Positions 1 through 8,866 of a stretch of DNA of 41,104 nt are shown here, in pieces. The stretch lies in contig JAHQXB010000156.1 in NCBI GenBank assembly GCA_029856435.1, forward strand, positions 1 to 41,104, read 5' to 3'. The stretch's first letter is position 1, and the number at the start of each line of letters is the position of its first letter. This stretch comes from Candidatus Jordarchaeia archaeon. GTDB lineage: Archaea; Asgardarchaeota; Jordiarchaeia; Jordiarchaeales; Jordiarchaeaceae. The position numbers and the translations under genes were made by a program. Below the pieces are notes generated by a model that was not told the origin of the DNA, searched no databases, and was given only the letters and a program-made list of their open reading frames with translations.

Positions 1-121
1 ATAGGGTAACGAGCTCTATGGGATGGGGGAGCCGTGAGCCCCCGAACCAGCAGATGAGGAGATGGGCGTAAAGCCTACTCTAAACGCTGGAAGCCCCGTC
101 CGTTAGGGCGGGGTAGTTCAC
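1..121 (+). mobile_element. Right end of an IS200/IS605-family (tnpB) element, including the subterminal hairpin / omega-RNA scaffold 3' part
   Basis: GAAGCCCCGTCC-GTTA-GGGCGGGGTAGTTCAC at 90-121: GC-rich stem-loop (with G-U pairs) followed by GTAGTTCAC, the typical archaeal IS605/IS1341-type right end. The rest of the element lies outside the window. Confidence 0.75.
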
Positions 122-163
122 TCACTAAACTTATATGTATACCTTCTTATATTTTTATTAAGG

Positions 164-820
164 GTGAAAGCGATGTCTATGATAGACGCGAATCTGGCTG
201 TTCTTTTCTTAAAGCAGTCTTTTGAAGATGTAGGCAAAGTTTTTGGACCTAGCTATATTAAGTTACTTGTGGATTACGCGAAGCAGTTCGAAGCCGAAAA
301 GCTAGGAGAGTCTCCGCCTGCGGAGATTCAAACCATTGATGATGTCGTAAACTACATTCTGAAAAATTTGGATAGGTATCCTCGGGGTTACTGCGCTTTA
401 GTGTTTGGCAATGCCAAGGCGGATAGTAAAATTGAGGGAGCCACTGGAGCGGCTTGGAAAAGGTCGGGTTTAAATGCTCTTAAACAGTTAATGCAGGCAT
501 CCGGCCTACTCGGTGAAACTCTGGAACTAAAGGAGGCGCTTGAAAAGTCTCAAGAATTTGCCAAATCAATTAATATGGCTGCCCAGTTACAGTTTATAAA
601 TGAATCTGAGGACACTGTATCCGTGGTTGTGGAGAAATGTCCCTTCACTGATTCTTGTGAAGCTTTTGATAGAGAAGGAATTTCGAGAGTTGCTGGCAGA
701 AGGGAGTGCGCGAATCTGATTTGCTACACTGCCGCCGCACAGCTTGTAACTGGCAAACAATGTGATTATTCCCTAGTGAGAAATGAGGGAAAATGTTTAG
801 GTAAAATATTTCTTGTTTAA
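164..820 (+). CDS. V4R-like / Cys-rich small-ligand-binding domain protein, paralogue of 32571..33260
   Basis: C-terminal CPFTDSC...EC...GKCLGKIF cysteine pattern resembles V4R-type domains; aligns by eye over its length with the 229-aa ORF at 32571..33260. Confidence 0.55.
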   Translation: MKAMSMIDANLAVLFLKQSFEDVGKVFGPSYIKLLVDYAKQFEAEKLGESPPAEIQTIDDVVNYILKNLDRYPRGYCALVFGNAKADSKIEGATGAAWKRSGLNALKQLMQASGLLGETLELKEALEKSQEFAKSINMAAQLQFINESEDTVSVVVEKCPFTDSCEAFDREGISRVAGRRECANLICYTAAAQLVTGKQCDYSLVRNEGKCLGKIFLV

Positions 821-839
821 ACAGTTTAATTGGTTTAGA

Positions 840-1436
840 CTAAATTTGTAGTACCAATCTACAGAGAGTCAAAGTTACAGCTATGCTAATTGGGTTAAGT
901 AAATTGTCGTCTATTGGCGGCGTCAAGTAATCAAGCACCACAAATACCACTGCCACAATTAGGGATGTAAGGGGATAGAACCCGCTAAAGTAGTACAATA
1001 GTCCCAGAGTTAGAAGGAAGGTAGCTGCTCCTCCACCGGCGAGCCCCTCAAATGTTTTTACTTTTTTTCTTGCCATGAAAAAGTGCTTGCCCCACTTTGT
1101 GCCTACTAATGCGGCTGCGGCGTCTGCCACGCCAGCTACCACTATGGAGGTCACCACGGTGGAGGTTGGAAATAGAAATATGAGAATTGTTGCTGCCAGA
1201 ACGAAGTAGAAGTAGCCCGCTACGCGGACTTGTTCCTCTGGCTTCACCAATTTCTTGGTAATAATGTTTAGAGGAAAATCAGGATCTCTGAGTCTCCAAA
1301 TCTCAAAGATTGAGAATAGCACCAGTGTTGATATTGAGAGTACCGCGGCCGGCAACCAGCCCATCCATACATAAACAAAAGCAAATATAAAGGCTAAACT
1401 GTGAAACAATTTTCTCCTAATGTTTAGACTACTCAA
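840..1436 (-). CDS. CTP-dependent polyprenol/dolichol/diacylglycerol kinase family membrane protein
   Basis: Multi-TM; motifs RRKLFH, DAAAALVG..WGKH, KTFEG, DDNL typical of the dolichol/phytol kinase (CTP_transf_1-like) family. Confidence 0.8.
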   Translation of the reverse strand: MSSLNIRRKLFHSLAFIFAFVYVWMGWLPAAVLSISTLVLFSIFEIWRLRDPDFPLNIITKKLVKPEEQVRVAGYFYFVLAATILIFLFPTSTVVTSIVVAGVADAAAALVGTKWGKHFFMARKKVKTFEGLAGGGAATFLLTLGLLYYFSGFYPLTSLIVAVVFVVLDYLTPPIDDNLLNPISIAVTLTLCRLVLQI

Positions 1437-1713
1437 TTTAGAAGCCCCAGTAAACTTGATTACCTATTGAGCCTTTTAAATAGAGCATTTTTGCGCCAAA
1501 AATGTTTGCTTTGCAATCCCGAAAATTGTCATTTAGATCATATAGAACCCCGCAATTGCCAATTTAAAACTCTTTCCCAGACCTCTATCCTTTGGCAGAG
1601 CCAAGTAGTGTCCACTTAACTGGCATCATCGACATAAAAGATGCGCTAGTTAGAAGTCATATGCTGTGGGTATTCAACATCTTTAAAAATTAAAAAATGG
1701 TGGGAAGGGAGGA

Positions 1714-2073
1714 TTATAGGAGGACGGAGGCTGCGATTTGCATGAATGGGAATTGTTCGTGTGCATTTCCGATTATTAGGAGCTTCCACTCGTCACGGAC
1801 CTTGCTGACCTTAACTTTGCCCTCAATTATGCCTTGAAGAGTTTCCTCGTCTGATCTAAAAATTAGTTCTGGGCTGGGGTAGTCTCCTTCCTTGAACTTC
1901 ACTCCCTTTTGTGTGAACACTAGGTAATATGCTTTGGAGAATCCGTTAAGGTCTCCTACTTGGAACTGGATGATTTTTCCATAGTAACGACTTCCAATCC
2001 ACTGTCTCACGGCAGGCATTGCTTTGGCGTTGATGTCTTTTGCTAATTTTTCTAGGAACTCTTTTAACGCCAC
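1714..2073 (-). CDS. SCP2 sterol/lipid-binding domain protein
   Basis: 119 aa; IQFQV...YYLVF...VKFKEGDYPSPELIFRSDEETLQGIIEGK...KLLIIGN matches the SCP2 fold pattern; GTG start overlaps the upstream TAG. Confidence 0.7.
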   Translation of the reverse strand: MALKEFLEKLAKDINAKAMPAVRQWIGSRYYGKIIQFQVGDLNGFSKAYYLVFTQKGVKFKEGDYPSPELIFRSDEETLQGIIEGKVKVSKVRDEWKLLIIGNAHEQFPFMQIAASVLL

Positions 2074-2357
2074 TACTTTTCACCCACCTTTTTAATCCAA
2101 TCCTCAACTGCGGCTCTAACTGCGGCTTCCACATTATTGGCCCAAATGTTACCATACTTCTTCTCGACAGCTTTCAGAAACTTCTGGTAAAACTCGAATT
2201 CCCAGCGGATAACTATTCTCCCCTTTTTGTTCTCAACAAGGCTCTGACCCAGAGAGGAGGATTCCTTTCGGAAGAAGTCGTACTCAATATCATCTAACTT
2301 CAGGGTGGGATAAGCCAGGAACTCCGATCCAGGAGCATAACCTTTATACTTCGACAT
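2073..2357 (-). CDS. Small ribbon-helix-helix-like protein
   Basis: ATG at 2357 follows RBS GAGGTGAT (2361-2368); C-terminal IVIRWEFEFYQKFLKAVEKKYG...VEAAVRAAVEDWIKK has an RHH beta-alpha-alpha pattern. Confidence 0.5.
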   Translation of the reverse strand: MSKYKGYAPGSEFLAYPTLKLDDIEYDFFRKESSSLGQSLVENKKGRIVIRWEFEFYQKFLKAVEKKYGNIWANNVEAAVRAAVEDWIKKVGEK

Positions 2358-2361
2358 AAAA

Positions 2362-2613
2362 TCACCTCGGTAATTTCGCCAACTCTTCGGCACTTAGTAC
2401 GATTTGGCCGGTAATGTAGGGCCACTGAATCAGGAAGATTTTGCCACCCTTGGGAGCAACGCCGTAGAAAACGTAGCCGCCTTTATTTCTTGTGTACTCC
2501 TCAAGAATAAACTTGCAGACCGTCTCCAGAGAAACGTCCAATATTTCAGCGTGGGATTTAAGAACTTTAACCGCGTCGTCGTCTAGTTCAACTTCAACCT
2601 TCATGTTGAGCAC
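2362..2613 (-). CDS. Small protein with N-terminal ribbon-helix-helix (CopG-like) motif
   Basis: MKVEVELDDDAVKVLKSHAEILDVSLETVCKFILEEY = strand, helix, helix; tightly packed between neighbours in the operon. Confidence 0.55.
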   Translation of the reverse strand: MLNMKVEVELDDDAVKVLKSHAEILDVSLETVCKFILEEYTRNKGGYVFYGVAPKGGKIFLIQWPYITGQIVLSAEELAKLPR

Positions 2614-2616
2614 CTC

Positions 2617-3354
2617 TCACTCTTCATCCTCAAGAAAGGCTTTTCTTATCCAGGGGTTACCCCATCTTTCCTTGTAGTACAACCCTTCCAAAGGAATTCT
2701 GGAAGGACCAATCATCCTTTCTTCCGCTCTTATGCCTATACTCAGAGTTGCTAGAGGATCCCAAGTGCGTGGTATTCCTAACCTATCTGCGAGTATCTCC
2801 TGTCTTCTGGGATCCATAATGGGGAAGGCTTGGTACCCCGCAGCATAACCTAGACTGGTTGCCATAATCCACATTGCATAAATAGCCATGCCCACACAAA
2901 TTGCTCCAAAAAACTTCTGGGGATATATTACTGGGGCATCATGGAAGGATTCTGAACCACAACCAATTATAACTACATCTGCCATTCGAGGATAATCAAA
3001 GAGGCTCCCATCACGCATCTCTGTAAAGGTCCACGGTCGACGGTCTGGTGGAATATACCATATGCGCCCCTGTGTTAGTTCCGCAGGGTATGTTCCGAAG
3101 GTTTCCTTTGCCGCTTCTCGGGCTAGGTCTGCTATTAAGTTCTTTGTTTCTTGATCATCTCGTACCACTACAAATCGGTACATTTGCATGTTCTCAGGGC
3201 TTGGCGTGTACCGTGCTGCATCCAGTATTCTTTCTAAGTCTTCATCGGGCACGCGTTCGCCAGTAAATCTTCTCATAGACCTACGGACACGAATTGCATC
3301 CTCCAAACCCATACATCGGTATGGACTCGGTTTACCATATTTTTTGGTAGACAA
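2617..3354 (-). CDS. Nitroreductase family (FMN-binding) protein
   Basis: AIRVRRSMRRF...ILDAARYTPSPENMQMYRFVVV is the nitroreductase N-terminal signature; probable TTG start at 3354 after RBS GGGGTGA (ORF track extends to 3408). Confidence 0.88.
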   Translation of the reverse strand: MSTKKYGKPSPYRCMGLEDAIRVRRSMRRFTGERVPDEDLERILDAARYTPSPENMQMYRFVVVRDDQETKNLIADLAREAAKETFGTYPAELTQGRIWYIPPDRRPWTFTEMRDGSLFDYPRMADVVIIGCGSESFHDAPVIYPQKFFGAICVGMAIYAMWIMATSLGYAAGYQAFPIMDPRRQEILADRLGIPRTWDPLATLSIGIRAEERMIGPSRIPLEGLYYKERWGNPWIRKAFLEDEE

Positions 3355-3419
3355 GTTATCACCCCTTTTTTTAAGCCTAAATGTGACGTTTTTTCGGTAA
3401 ATCCTCATGACTAATAAGG

Positions 3420-3434
3420 TTAACTAAAAGTTAA
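3420..3434. promoter_or_regulatory. 6-3-6 inverted repeat, candidate operator of the nitroreductase operon
   Basis: TTAACT-AAA-AGTTAA in the divergent intergenic region; AT-rich context so could be chance. Confidence 0.3.
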
Positions 3435-3582
3435 TGATGAATATATATTTAATAAACTATATAGATAGTCAGGTAAAATATATTATCAAAATAAATATAG
3501 TTAATTATGGTGAAATCATGTTTTACCGCCAATTTTTCGAAAAAGGGCAAAAAATATATCTAATTTTTCTTCAAGGTTAAGT

Positions 3583-4140
3583 ATGAAAGTTAGGTGGCTT
3601 GGTAATTCCTGTGTGGAAATTCTGAGTGAGAGACACCTCGTTATTGACCCAAATTTTCTAGCTGAGCCGGAGCGGGGTGTTGAACTGGTTTTAGTAACTC
3701 ATGAGCATCCTGACCACTTTGACATTCAAAAATTCAAAACTTTAAATGCGCCTCTGGTTGCTCCCCACCCTGTTTTGAGTATGTATAATCTTGAGGGGAA
3801 GAGAGCGAAGGTGGGAGAAGAGTTTGAGGGAGTTAAAATTTTGGAGAGCTGGTGTTTAAAGTCCGAAGAGAGTGTTAGCTATTTTTATGAGGGCATTTTA
3901 CACTCTGGTGACTCGGCAAGATTTCCAGAGGTGAGAGGCGTTAAACTGGTGTTTTCTGCCTGTTTCCCAGACTTCCTTGAAGATTACACCAATTCATTTA
4001 TGAAAATGAGGCCACAAATGGTAGTACCCTTCCACTTCTCTGAACAAAAAAGGTACGTAGCTGAGGAATTTAAAAAACAGCTAGATAAAAAGGGAATAAG
4101 CTGCAGAATTCTCAAGGTGGGGGAATCCCTCGAACTTTAA
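3583..4140 (+). CDS. Metallo-beta-lactamase fold metal-dependent hydrolase
   Basis: VRWLGNSC, LVIDP, THEHPDH metal motif, HSGDS, PFH. Confidence 0.85.
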   Translation: MKVRWLGNSCVEILSERHLVIDPNFLAEPERGVELVLVTHEHPDHFDIQKFKTLNAPLVAPHPVLSMYNLEGKRAKVGEEFEGVKILESWCLKSEESVSYFYEGILHSGDSARFPEVRGVKLVFSACFPDFLEDYTNSFMKMRPQMVVPFHFSEQKRYVAEEFKKQLDKKGISCRILKVGESLEL

Positions 4141-4253
4141 AAATCTGCCAAAAACTATACCCCACGAGACAAAAATTTGTTACTATCAACCTTTATAAAA
4201 AAATAAATGAGTTGAACCCCGCATTTGCACTGGATCTGATGGTATGTTTGCTT

Positions 4254-5048
4254 CTATTGTTTTTCACCTATTAGCCTTCGGAACCAGTTTGGCAGAACGT
4301 ATCCAACATATGCAGATATGCCGGCTAGTAATCCCATTGTGTAACCTATGGGTACGAATATGCTCCACCCCTCTGTTAGGGCTCCCTCTATGAAGAGGAA
4401 AACAAAGAATAACGATAGGAACACGGAGGTCAAAGAAATCATTATAAATCCGTAGCGGAAGAGCCTTTTCTCAGTTATTCTGGAGGCTTTTAACGCCAAG
4501 TATATCAGTGGTATGTAGGTGATGAGCCCAATTATCATTGCCATCATAAAGTTTAACGTAACATTGAATGAAACCAGTATAACGATAAATAGCGGTGTAA
4601 ATACTGCAGAATAAAGGATTATCCATTTTTTCTTTTTCTGTAAAAATGCTTCTAGGGTAAAGGCGAACAGGAAAAGGTTCCCTAGGGCAGCCAGCGCAAT
4701 GGAGAATGAGAAAATGTAGATGGAACCCTTCAGCCAGCCCTGGAAAATTATTATGAGCCAATCGGTAAGAACCGAGTAAAAGTGGCCCTGAATCCTGAAG
4801 GGTAAAATGTAATTATCAATCATGTAGTCTCTGAGAAGTATAGGATAAATTGCAAAGTGGTCAATGTGACTTAAAGCAACGAAAAATACTCCTAGGGCGA
4901 AGAGAATAAATGTGAGGGCTAGATAAATCAGGGGAACCTTCCTCAATTTCCAAAACCGCCAGATGAAATTGGCACTAACGAAGAGCACCAGTATAGTCAA
5001 CAGAAATTCATAATTAATTAGGAATGTAAGGTAGTCCGGTGTTAACAT
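4254..5048 (-). CDS. Hypothetical polytopic (about 7 TM) membrane protein
   Basis: About seven hydrophobic segments separated by short basic loops; no soluble output domain. Confidence 0.65.
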   Translation of the reverse strand: MLTPDYLTFLINYEFLLTILVLFVSANFIWRFWKLRKVPLIYLALTFILFALGVFFVALSHIDHFAIYPILLRDYMIDNYILPFRIQGHFYSVLTDWLIIIFQGWLKGSIYIFSFSIALAALGNLFLFAFTLEAFLQKKKKWIILYSAVFTPLFIVILVSFNVTLNFMMAMIIGLITYIPLIYLALKASRITEKRLFRYGFIMISLTSVFLSLFFVFLFIEGALTEGWSIFVPIGYTMGLLAGISAYVGYVLPNWFRRLIGEKQ

Positions 5049-5440
5049 CTGCTTATCCCCACACTTGCTTTTTAAGTAGACTCGTTAATTTAAATTTTTC
5101 AACGGGGATATTTAAAATTTATTGAGACCATTTATGAGACCTTGTCGTAAGTATGTAGTTTGTTGGCATGATATTTGTGCAGGGTTAGCCGGTCTTACCC
5201 CCTTTTAGGCCTATTTTGAAGGAAGCCCTGTTAAGCCTCCTTTTTTTGAGAGGAAAAAACGATCATGATAGAAGGGAAGCCACACACTTAAAAGCGAGGT
5301 CCCACTATTTATAAAAGATTTCCAAAAAATTATTATTCAGTTTTCTTGGAACCTCTCCTCCATTCCAACTTGGTTCCTCTCTTAATTAAATGATTGCCCA
5401 AAAAGTCATCAATAATTAAAGGAAATCTCTTAGAAAACTC

Positions 5441-6835
5441 TTATTGTTGTTTTTTAGGTCGTCTCATTTTTAGCCCTTTTATCATCTGGACAGCCTCTTC
5501 CACTGTGTGGGCTACTGGTACATTATTAATTTCGAATCCTTCAATTATTATGTCGTATTTTAGAAGCCAGGGTACATATGCTACCACAGGTTTACCGTAT
5601 CTTCCTGCTATATTGGATAGCCGTCGGCCTATTTGCATACTTATTGTGGGTGGATATGGGAAGGTTAAAATCAGAACTGCCTCAACCCTGTCTATTTGGA
5701 GAATGTATTCTAACACTCTTTCCAAATCTATGTCTTCAGCGCTTCCTGTGAGGTCTATAGGATTCGACAGCGAGGCTATGCGTGCAGCCGCGGGGCTAAT
5801 CAATTGCTTCATTTCCTTTATTTCTTCTTGGGTAAACTCCACAAGATTTAATCCATATTTAGCCGCTAGATCTGCGCAGATCACTCCGTGTCCTCCTGAA
5901 ACCGTTAGTATGGCTATGTCTCCGTTTATTATGGGTTTATTTCTGAATGAGAGTACTTTAGCGAAACTGACTATTTCTTGCTCGTTTTCCGCTTCCACTA
6001 TTCCATACTGTCTGAAGACATCTGAAGCTAATCGGGGAGAGGCGGCGATTGAACTCGTATGGGACATGGCCGCTTTCTGTCCACCGGCAGTCTTTCCTGC
6101 TCTAAAAACTATAATGTTCTTGTCGCCTCCGAATTCCGCTGCAACATCCAGAAATCTCCTTCCCTCTCCCTCCCTAAATCCTTCAAGATACATAGCCACA
6201 GTTTTGGTCCTCTTGTCTTTGAGGAAATACTCCATAAGAATTGTTTCATCCACCACCGCCTTATTCCCTATGCTCACTGCGGCTGAAACGCCAATTTTTC
6301 TCTCTGCATATTTGCTTAGAAACTGGTCAACAATAAAGCCCCCGCTCTGACTCAGAATGGCCACATTTCCAGGCGGAGGCTTAAGCATTCTCTCACTAGG
6401 TATAAAAAAGGTGTCAACATAAGGTGGACTATATACCCCCATACAGTTGGGACCTATAAGGGCAATATCATACTCGTTTGCTATCTTGACCAGCTCTTTT
6501 TGAAGTTCAACTCCGCTATTTCCCATCTCGGCAAAACCTCCCGATATAACAATTGCGCCCCCGATGCCCGCCTTTCCACAGTCTTCCAAAACGGAGTTTA
6601 CAAGATCCGCCCGCACCACTATGACTGCCAAATCCACCTCCTCCGGAATATCCAGAACTGTGGGGTAGATTTGCGTCCCTTCAATGTTTCCTCCTCTAAG
6701 GTTAATCGGAAAGGTTTTTACTTGCATTTCGTGATGATTTTTGTTAAAAATAACCGTGCCAGGGTTTAACGGGTTGGTAACCGAAACTCCCACGACAGCC
6801 ATACTTTTAGGCTCGAAAACTTTTTTGAGATCCAT
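5441..6835 (-). CDS. acdA: Acyl-CoA synthetase (ADP-forming) alpha subunit / CoA-binding protein
   Basis: FEPKSMAVVG, IGPNCMG, SQSGG, SIGNKA, MYLEG, phospho-His motif AAMSHTSSIA, NPIDLTG; no ATP-grasp beta domain. Confidence 0.88.
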   Translation of the reverse strand: MDLKKVFEPKSMAVVGVSVTNPLNPGTVIFNKNHHEMQVKTFPINLRGGNIEGTQIYPTVLDIPEEVDLAVIVVRADLVNSVLEDCGKAGIGGAIVISGGFAEMGNSGVELQKELVKIANEYDIALIGPNCMGVYSPPYVDTFFIPSERMLKPPPGNVAILSQSGGFIVDQFLSKYAERKIGVSAAVSIGNKAVVDETILMEYFLKDKRTKTVAMYLEGFREGEGRRFLDVAAEFGGDKNIIVFRAGKTAGGQKAAMSHTSSIAASPRLASDVFRQYGIVEAENEQEIVSFAKVLSFRNKPIINGDIAILTVSGGHGVICADLAAKYGLNLVEFTQEEIKEMKQLISPAAARIASLSNPIDLTGSAEDIDLERVLEYILQIDRVEAVLILTFPYPPTISMQIGRRLSNIAGRYGKPVVAYVPWLLKYDIIIEGFEINNVPVAHTVEEAVQMIKGLKMRRPKKQQ

Positions 6836-7174
6836 AAAGCCCGCTCCTCAAAGCTTTGGAAACAAATCTAGCAAATCTTAAAACATACATTTGTTTCATC
6901 AACGGGAAACTTTGCTACGCGGCTATTATTTTTATTGTTAGAATCATATCCTCATATGTTTATAATCATTATCGTTTTTTCCTTCCCTGACGATTTAGAA
7001 TTGTTCAGTTTCACCTGTGAAAGAGGCTTCAATAACACTTATTTTTTCCATTTTGAGCCTAAAAGTAAAGGTTTGAATCAGGCATTCCCACATTGCCTTC
7101 CCTTATCTGAAAATTGCTGGTCGTACTCAAAAAATAGAAAAGCTTCATGTACCCATTTTTCTTGGGAGTGGAAT

Positions 7175-7924
7175 ATGATTAAGATAGGCTGTTGTGGTTT
7201 TCCGGAAAGTATTGAACAATATTTTAAAAAATTTAAATTAACAGAGGTTCAAAGAACCTTCTATAAGCCACCCAGCGAGGAAACCTTGAAAAATTGGCGC
7301 AGCAGGGCTCCCAAAGATTTCGAGTTCGCAGTAAAGGCTTGGCAACTCATAACCCATGACCCAAATTCCCCCACCTACAAAAAGGCCGGAATAATTATTC
7401 CAGAGGAAAAAAAGAAGCTTTATGGACACTTTAAACCCACATCTGAGGTTTTAGAGGCTTGGGAAACCATAAGCACCATCTGCAAGATTCTAGAGGCCAA
7501 GGTATGCCTCTTCCAGTGCCCAGCCAGCTTCACACCATCCGAAGAGAACATCAAAAATATGAAGGAATTTTTCTCAACAATAAACCAGAGAGGACTAATA
7601 TTTGCTTGGGAACCCCGCGGGAAAAATTGGACTGCCCCACTTGTTAAAAGCCTCTGCGAAGAACTAGACATAACACACACAGTTGACCCCTTTGCATCAA
7701 ACCCCACATTTCTGGCTCGAGACACAGCCTACCTGAGGCTGCACGGCGCTCCCCCAGGCAAAAAAATGTACAAATACACATACACGGACAACGACCTCTA
7801 CAGGCTAAAGGACATAATTCAGTCAATAAATGCTAAACAGTGCTACCTACTTTTCAACAATATCACAATGAAGGAAGACGCACTGAGATTCAAAAACTAC
7901 TACAACTTTGCACCAGCAACTTAA
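7175..7924 (+). CDS. DUF72 domain protein
   Basis: MIKIGCCGF, EVQRTFY, FEFAVKAWQLITH, LFQCPASF, WEPRG, YLRLHG, LFNN are DUF72 motifs; start moved to ATG 7175 (ORF track begins 6935). Confidence 0.88.
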   Translation: MIKIGCCGFPESIEQYFKKFKLTEVQRTFYKPPSEETLKNWRSRAPKDFEFAVKAWQLITHDPNSPTYKKAGIIIPEEKKKLYGHFKPTSEVLEAWETISTICKILEAKVCLFQCPASFTPSEENIKNMKEFFSTINQRGLIFAWEPRGKNWTAPLVKSLCEELDITHTVDPFASNPTFLARDTAYLRLHGAPPGKKMYKYTYTDNDLYRLKDIIQSINAKQCYLLFNNITMKEDALRFKNYYNFAPAT

Positions 7925-7973
7925 TTAAATCGCAGCACATTTTCCTTGAAGGAAACAACGTAATATTGGAACC

Positions 7974-8519
7974 TTATCGTATTCTTCCTCCACATCTGGG
8001 GCAGTATATGGCGTCAGGAGTTATTCGACGTCCACAGTACATACAGTAATGGTCTGGGCTGGGTTCAAACTTGGCAATTTTCTCCTCCCTTTGAGGGGTT
8101 GAAATGGTTGGCTGTAGTGAAAACCTGTTTATTGCACGTTGTAACGCGTCTTCAACCTCGTATTCCAAGCGGTCAACGTCACCCAACGCTAGGAAAATGA
8201 ATAGGAAAAAGAATGTGAAGAAAATTCCCAGATATATGAAAAACAGGGAGATAATTAGGAGCGCGAGTGTTAAGATTAGAGAAAGAACTAGGGGAATATA
8301 GTTATGTCCAACTCTCCCCTCATAAACAATGTTTGAGCCACTCCTATAGATTCTCAGTTTCCCCTTCGTATTAATGCCCCTTCTCACCTTCCATTCAAAC
8401 TGGCTTTTCCTCTTAACCCTGATATTTGAAGACATCAACTCCTCATTCAAAATCTCGGCAAAATCACCAATTCTGTTCGCCTCTCCAGGAATGGAACCGG
8501 AAATCTCACGCGCCACCAA
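7974..8519 (-). CDS. Membrane-anchored zinc-ribbon protein
   Basis: Two adjacent TM helices and C-terminal CMYCG...YCPRCG zinc ribbon. Confidence 0.7.
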   Translation of the reverse strand: MVAREISGSIPGEANRIGDFAEILNEELMSSNIRVKRKSQFEWKVRRGINTKGKLRIYRSGSNIVYEGRVGHNYIPLVLSLILTLALLIISLFFIYLGIFFTFFFLFIFLALGDVDRLEYEVEDALQRAINRFSLQPTISTPQREEKIAKFEPSPDHYCMYCGRRITPDAIYCPRCGGRIR

Positions 8520-8866
8520 CTAACCCTCCAAGCTATGCTAGGTAAACACTAAAAACAAGATAATTTATTCTTTTTGGGCTAAAATTTCATATCAAGTATA
8601 TTGCCGTAAAATGCACGTTTTGAAGGAGACGCATGAGGAATAAAAAATTCTTTGATGTCATATCTGGTTGGAGGCGTCTTAATATTTATTCTTCGCTTTT
8701 CTAGTTAGGGCTTCAGACATCACAAAAAGCGTAGACGTCTGCAGCTCACAGTGTTAAATTTTTCTTTGATTTTCCAGAATTTTGGCGCGAATTGTTTAAA
8801 TATAATACCTCCATATTTTAAGGTGTACCATATTAAATTTCTGGAAACTTTTAGGGGTGTAATGTT

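Noticed and set aside
5170-5310. GC-richer intergenic stretch with GAAGCC motifs resembling IS605 ends
   Set aside because: No convincing hairpin or TTCAC terminus.
5394-6350. 318-aa + strand ORF
   Set aside because: Antisense shadow of acdA; no recognisable motifs.
6935-7174. N-terminal 80 aa of the DUF72 ORF
   Set aside because: Family homology starts at MIKIGCCGF (7175); the upstream part is the divergent intergenic region.
8633-8704. 23-aa small ORF with GGAG RBS (MRNKKFFDVISGWRRLNIYSSLF)
   Set aside because: Too short and without homology evidence; cannot be supported from sequence alone.
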